Of a DNA stretch of 64,000 nt, positions 62,523 through 64,000 are shown piece by piece. The position numbers were made by a program, and so were the translations under genes. The stretch is taken from NCBI GenBank assembly GCA_035549275.1, contig DASZRH010000030.1:1912-65911 (forward strand). Reading direction: 5' to 3'. The notes under the pieces are model-generated. The model had not been told where the DNA came from and did not search any database. It was given only the letters and a program-made list of their open reading frames with translations. This DNA is from Minisyncoccota bacterium. GTDB lineage: Bacteria; Patescibacteriota; Minisyncoccia; 2-02-FULL-40-12; GWA2-44-9. Positions within the stretch are counted from its first letter, which is position 1. Each line of letters opens with the position of its first letter.

Positions 62523-62594
62523 GGCGCAGTAGCCAAGTGGTAAGGCATGAGTCTGCAAAACTCTTATACGCGGGTTCGATTCCCGCCTGCGCCT
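62523..62594 (+). tRNA. tRNA-Cys (anticodon GCA)
   Basis: Acceptor ggcgcag/ctgcgcc; anticodon loop ctgcaaa; T-arm gcggg-ttcgatt-cccgc; starts 3 nt after the infB stop. Confidence 0.8.
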
Positions 62595-62608
62595 CCGGTC
62601 TGTAGCAT

Positions 62609-62693
62609 GCCTGGGTGGTGGAATTGGTATACACGAGCGACTTAAAATCGCTTGCCGCAAGGCTTGCCGGTTCGAGTCCGGCCCCAGGCACCA
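62609..62693 (+). tRNA. tRNA-Leu (anticodon UAA), class II, CCA encoded
   Basis: Acceptor gcctggg/cccaggc; anticodon stem agcga/tcgct with loop cttaaaa; long variable arm; T-loop ccggttcgagtccgg. Confidence 0.85.
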
Positions 62694-62738
62694 GAATCCA
62701 ATCAAAAATTCCGCTATGCGGAATTTTTGATTGGATTC
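62694..62738 (+). terminator. long terminator hairpin after tRNA-Leu
   Basis: gaatccaatcaaaaattccgc-tat-gcggaatttttgattggattc; 21-bp stem. Confidence 0.7.
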
Positions 62739-62800
62739 TCCCCCAGCATACTTGCTCTTGTCTGTGTTAGTGATATAAAAAGATCAGCAGCGTTAACAAT

Positions 62801-63484
62801 ATGACCAAGAGCGCCGCATATCGATTGTGTTTGGAAACGATCGACAGTTTTGCGGTTGCCGTCGCTCAAAAGATCGTCGGCGGTACGCCGCTTCATCATA
62901 GTCATTTCAACGGAGATTTAGATAACGATGGAGTATATTTTGAGGTCAAAGCATCGGGTCTTTCCAGCGGACCCATCATTGAAGAAACCCAGCTCCTTCG
63001 CTATTTCGAACAGACGGATCATGAGTGCTACTATCTGTTCATCTGTTATGTGAATCGCGGTGCGTGGCGCGGTAAACGCCGCAACCTGCCGCTTCGAATC
63101 ATACGATCAGCAGGTGAATCGGGACTGAAGAAGTTTTTGGCTGAGAATATTCGCGCCGTCTATCTAATTCCGATTTCCGTTATCCAGGCGATATATGAAA
63201 AAGAAAGAATGGTTGGCCGGGTAAAAACCCACGCCATGAAAACCGGGCCGAAGACATATTTCCGACTGCGGTATCCTGACTTGCGGCTGATTCTGGCGCC
63301 GGGTGGCCTTGAAAAATTTGGTTTGACTATGTCGGACTTCGTTTTCGATACTCGATCAGTAACTAAGCGGATTGAGCGGTTTAAAATTCGGTTCGAATTC
63401 TACCGGATTACGAGCCGAGCTGTTGCTGAAGATAGTTCATTTGATATTGCCGAATTTGAACGCGGCGCCGCAGGCGCCGCGTAA
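62801..63484 (+). CDS. hypothetical protein (weak PD-(D/E)XK-like D...EVK pattern)
   Basis: 227 aa; GDLDNDGVYFEVKAS could be a nuclease-fold signature but the spacing is atypical; between tRNA-Leu and a tyrosine recombinase gene. Confidence 0.4.
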   Translation: MTKSAAYRLCLETIDSFAVAVAQKIVGGTPLHHSHFNGDLDNDGVYFEVKASGLSSGPIIEETQLLRYFEQTDHECYYLFICYVNRGAWRGKRRNLPLRIIRSAGESGLKKFLAENIRAVYLIPISVIQAIYEKERMVGRVKTHAMKTGPKTYFRLRYPDLRLILAPGGLEKFGLTMSDFVFDTRSVTKRIERFKIRFEFYRITSRAVAEDSSFDIAEFERGAAGAA

Positions 63485-63516
63485 CAGCCGCGCTTTGCGC
63501 GGCTGTTTTACTTTTT
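63484..63516. terminator. bidirectional terminator between convergent genes
   Basis: acagccgcgc-tttg-cgcggctgt followed by tttacttttt. Confidence 0.6.
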
Positions 63517-64000
63517 CCCGTGGTATTTTTTGTGGACCTCGCGAAGCTGGGTATCGGTGACATGAGTGTAGATTTGAGTTGTGGTAACCGAGGAATGGCC
63601 CAGCATGGCTTGGACGGAGCGAATGTCGGCTCCATTGCGAAGCAAATCAGTGGCATAGGAATGTCGAAGCGTATGAGGGGATACTTTTTTGCCCATGATG
63701 CCAGCCCGCGTGGCATGTTTTTTGACGATGCGCTGAATGGTGCGAGGAGTAAGGCGTAAATCGGTATCCTTGGCATATGAGCCAGTTTTGGGAATACGGA
63801 TAAAAAGCGCCTCATCTGCGTCTTTTCGTTTTTCTAGGTAATCGCTGACGTGTTTTTTGGCTTCGTCGGAGATAAAGACAAGCCGGATTTTGCGCCCTTT
63901 TCCCAAAACCGACAGTTCCCCTCTTTTCAGATCAACCTTGTCGCGATTGAGCGAGCACAACTCCGAAACCCGCATGCCGGTGCTAAAGAGCATGCTCAAA
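63508..64000 (-). CDS. XerC/XerD-like tyrosine recombinase, C-terminal catalytic domain (N-terminus beyond window end)
   Basis: Catalytic-domain motifs ...HTLRHSYATDLL (HxxR) and LGHSSVTTTQIYTHV (active-site Tyr). The C-terminal tail TDTQLREVHKKYHGKK resembles XerD (RLRQLHQQHHPR). Confidence 0.75.
   Translation of the reverse strand, partial: LSMLFSTGMRVSELCSLNRDKVDLKRGELSVLGKGRKIRLVFISDEAKKHVSDYLEKRKDADEALFIRIPKTGSYAKDTDLRLTPRTIQRIVKKHATRAGIMGKKVSPHTLRHSYATDLLRNGADIRSVQAMLGHSSVTTTQIYTHVTDTQLREVHKKYHGKK

Noticed and set aside
62367-62705. 112-aa minus-strand ORF
   Set aside because: It is antisense to the 3' end of infB and to tRNA-Cys and tRNA-Leu. It has no RBS and is proline/arginine-rich, as expected from reverse-translating GC-rich tRNA sequence.

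Overview
This 64-kb window is a compact, roughly 85% coding stretch of bacterial chromosome with genes on both strands. It spans the chromosomal replication-origin neighbourhood: dnaA-dnaN (minus strand) lies divergent from rpmH-rnpA-yidD-yidC-jag (plus strand), and an AT-rich intergenic region between dnaA and dnaN carries DnaA-box-like motifs (putative oriC). The gene content is compatible with a small-genome, Patescibacteria/CPR-like bacterium, but that is inference; translation and DNA-metabolism housekeeping genes fill much of the rest. The housekeeping genes are ftsH, rplS, tig, nusA, tyrS, infB, gatCA, ligA, uvrD/pcrA, ruvBC, ksgA, dut, cca, a class A PBP and a cysteine desulfurase.

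Three accessory blocks stand out:
- A type IV secretion-like cluster on the minus strand (24.1-33.7 kb) sits immediately next to the origin genes. It has a VirB4-family ATPase, a VirB3-like small membrane protein, a large VirB6-like polytopic protein with a long acidic/low-complexity tail, and several secreted proteins.
- A near-complete type IV pilus operon (46.7-56.9 kb) encodes pilM-N-O, pilB, pilT, pilC, pilA, pilD, three minor prepilins and a discoidin-domain protein. It is followed by comF, and a second pilB/gspE paralog lies at 12.0 kb.
- A low-GC island (39.15-40.37 kb) flanked by tRNA genes carries small overlapping ORFs of unknown function.

Sixteen tRNA genes occur in five clusters. 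They include a tRNA-Ile with a UAU anticodon, a class II Ser-like tRNA with an ACU anticodon loop, and tRNAs lacking U8. A low-GC HTH protein gene is wedged between tRNA-Phe and tRNA-Gly. Other notable items: a 23-bp near-perfect inverted repeat flanking about 114 bp between pilB and ruvB; an 802-aa surface protein with three tandem ~486-bp intragenic repeats; an unannotated 45-aa rpmH; and a XerC/D-like recombinase truncated at the window end. No CRISPR array or rRNA gene is present.
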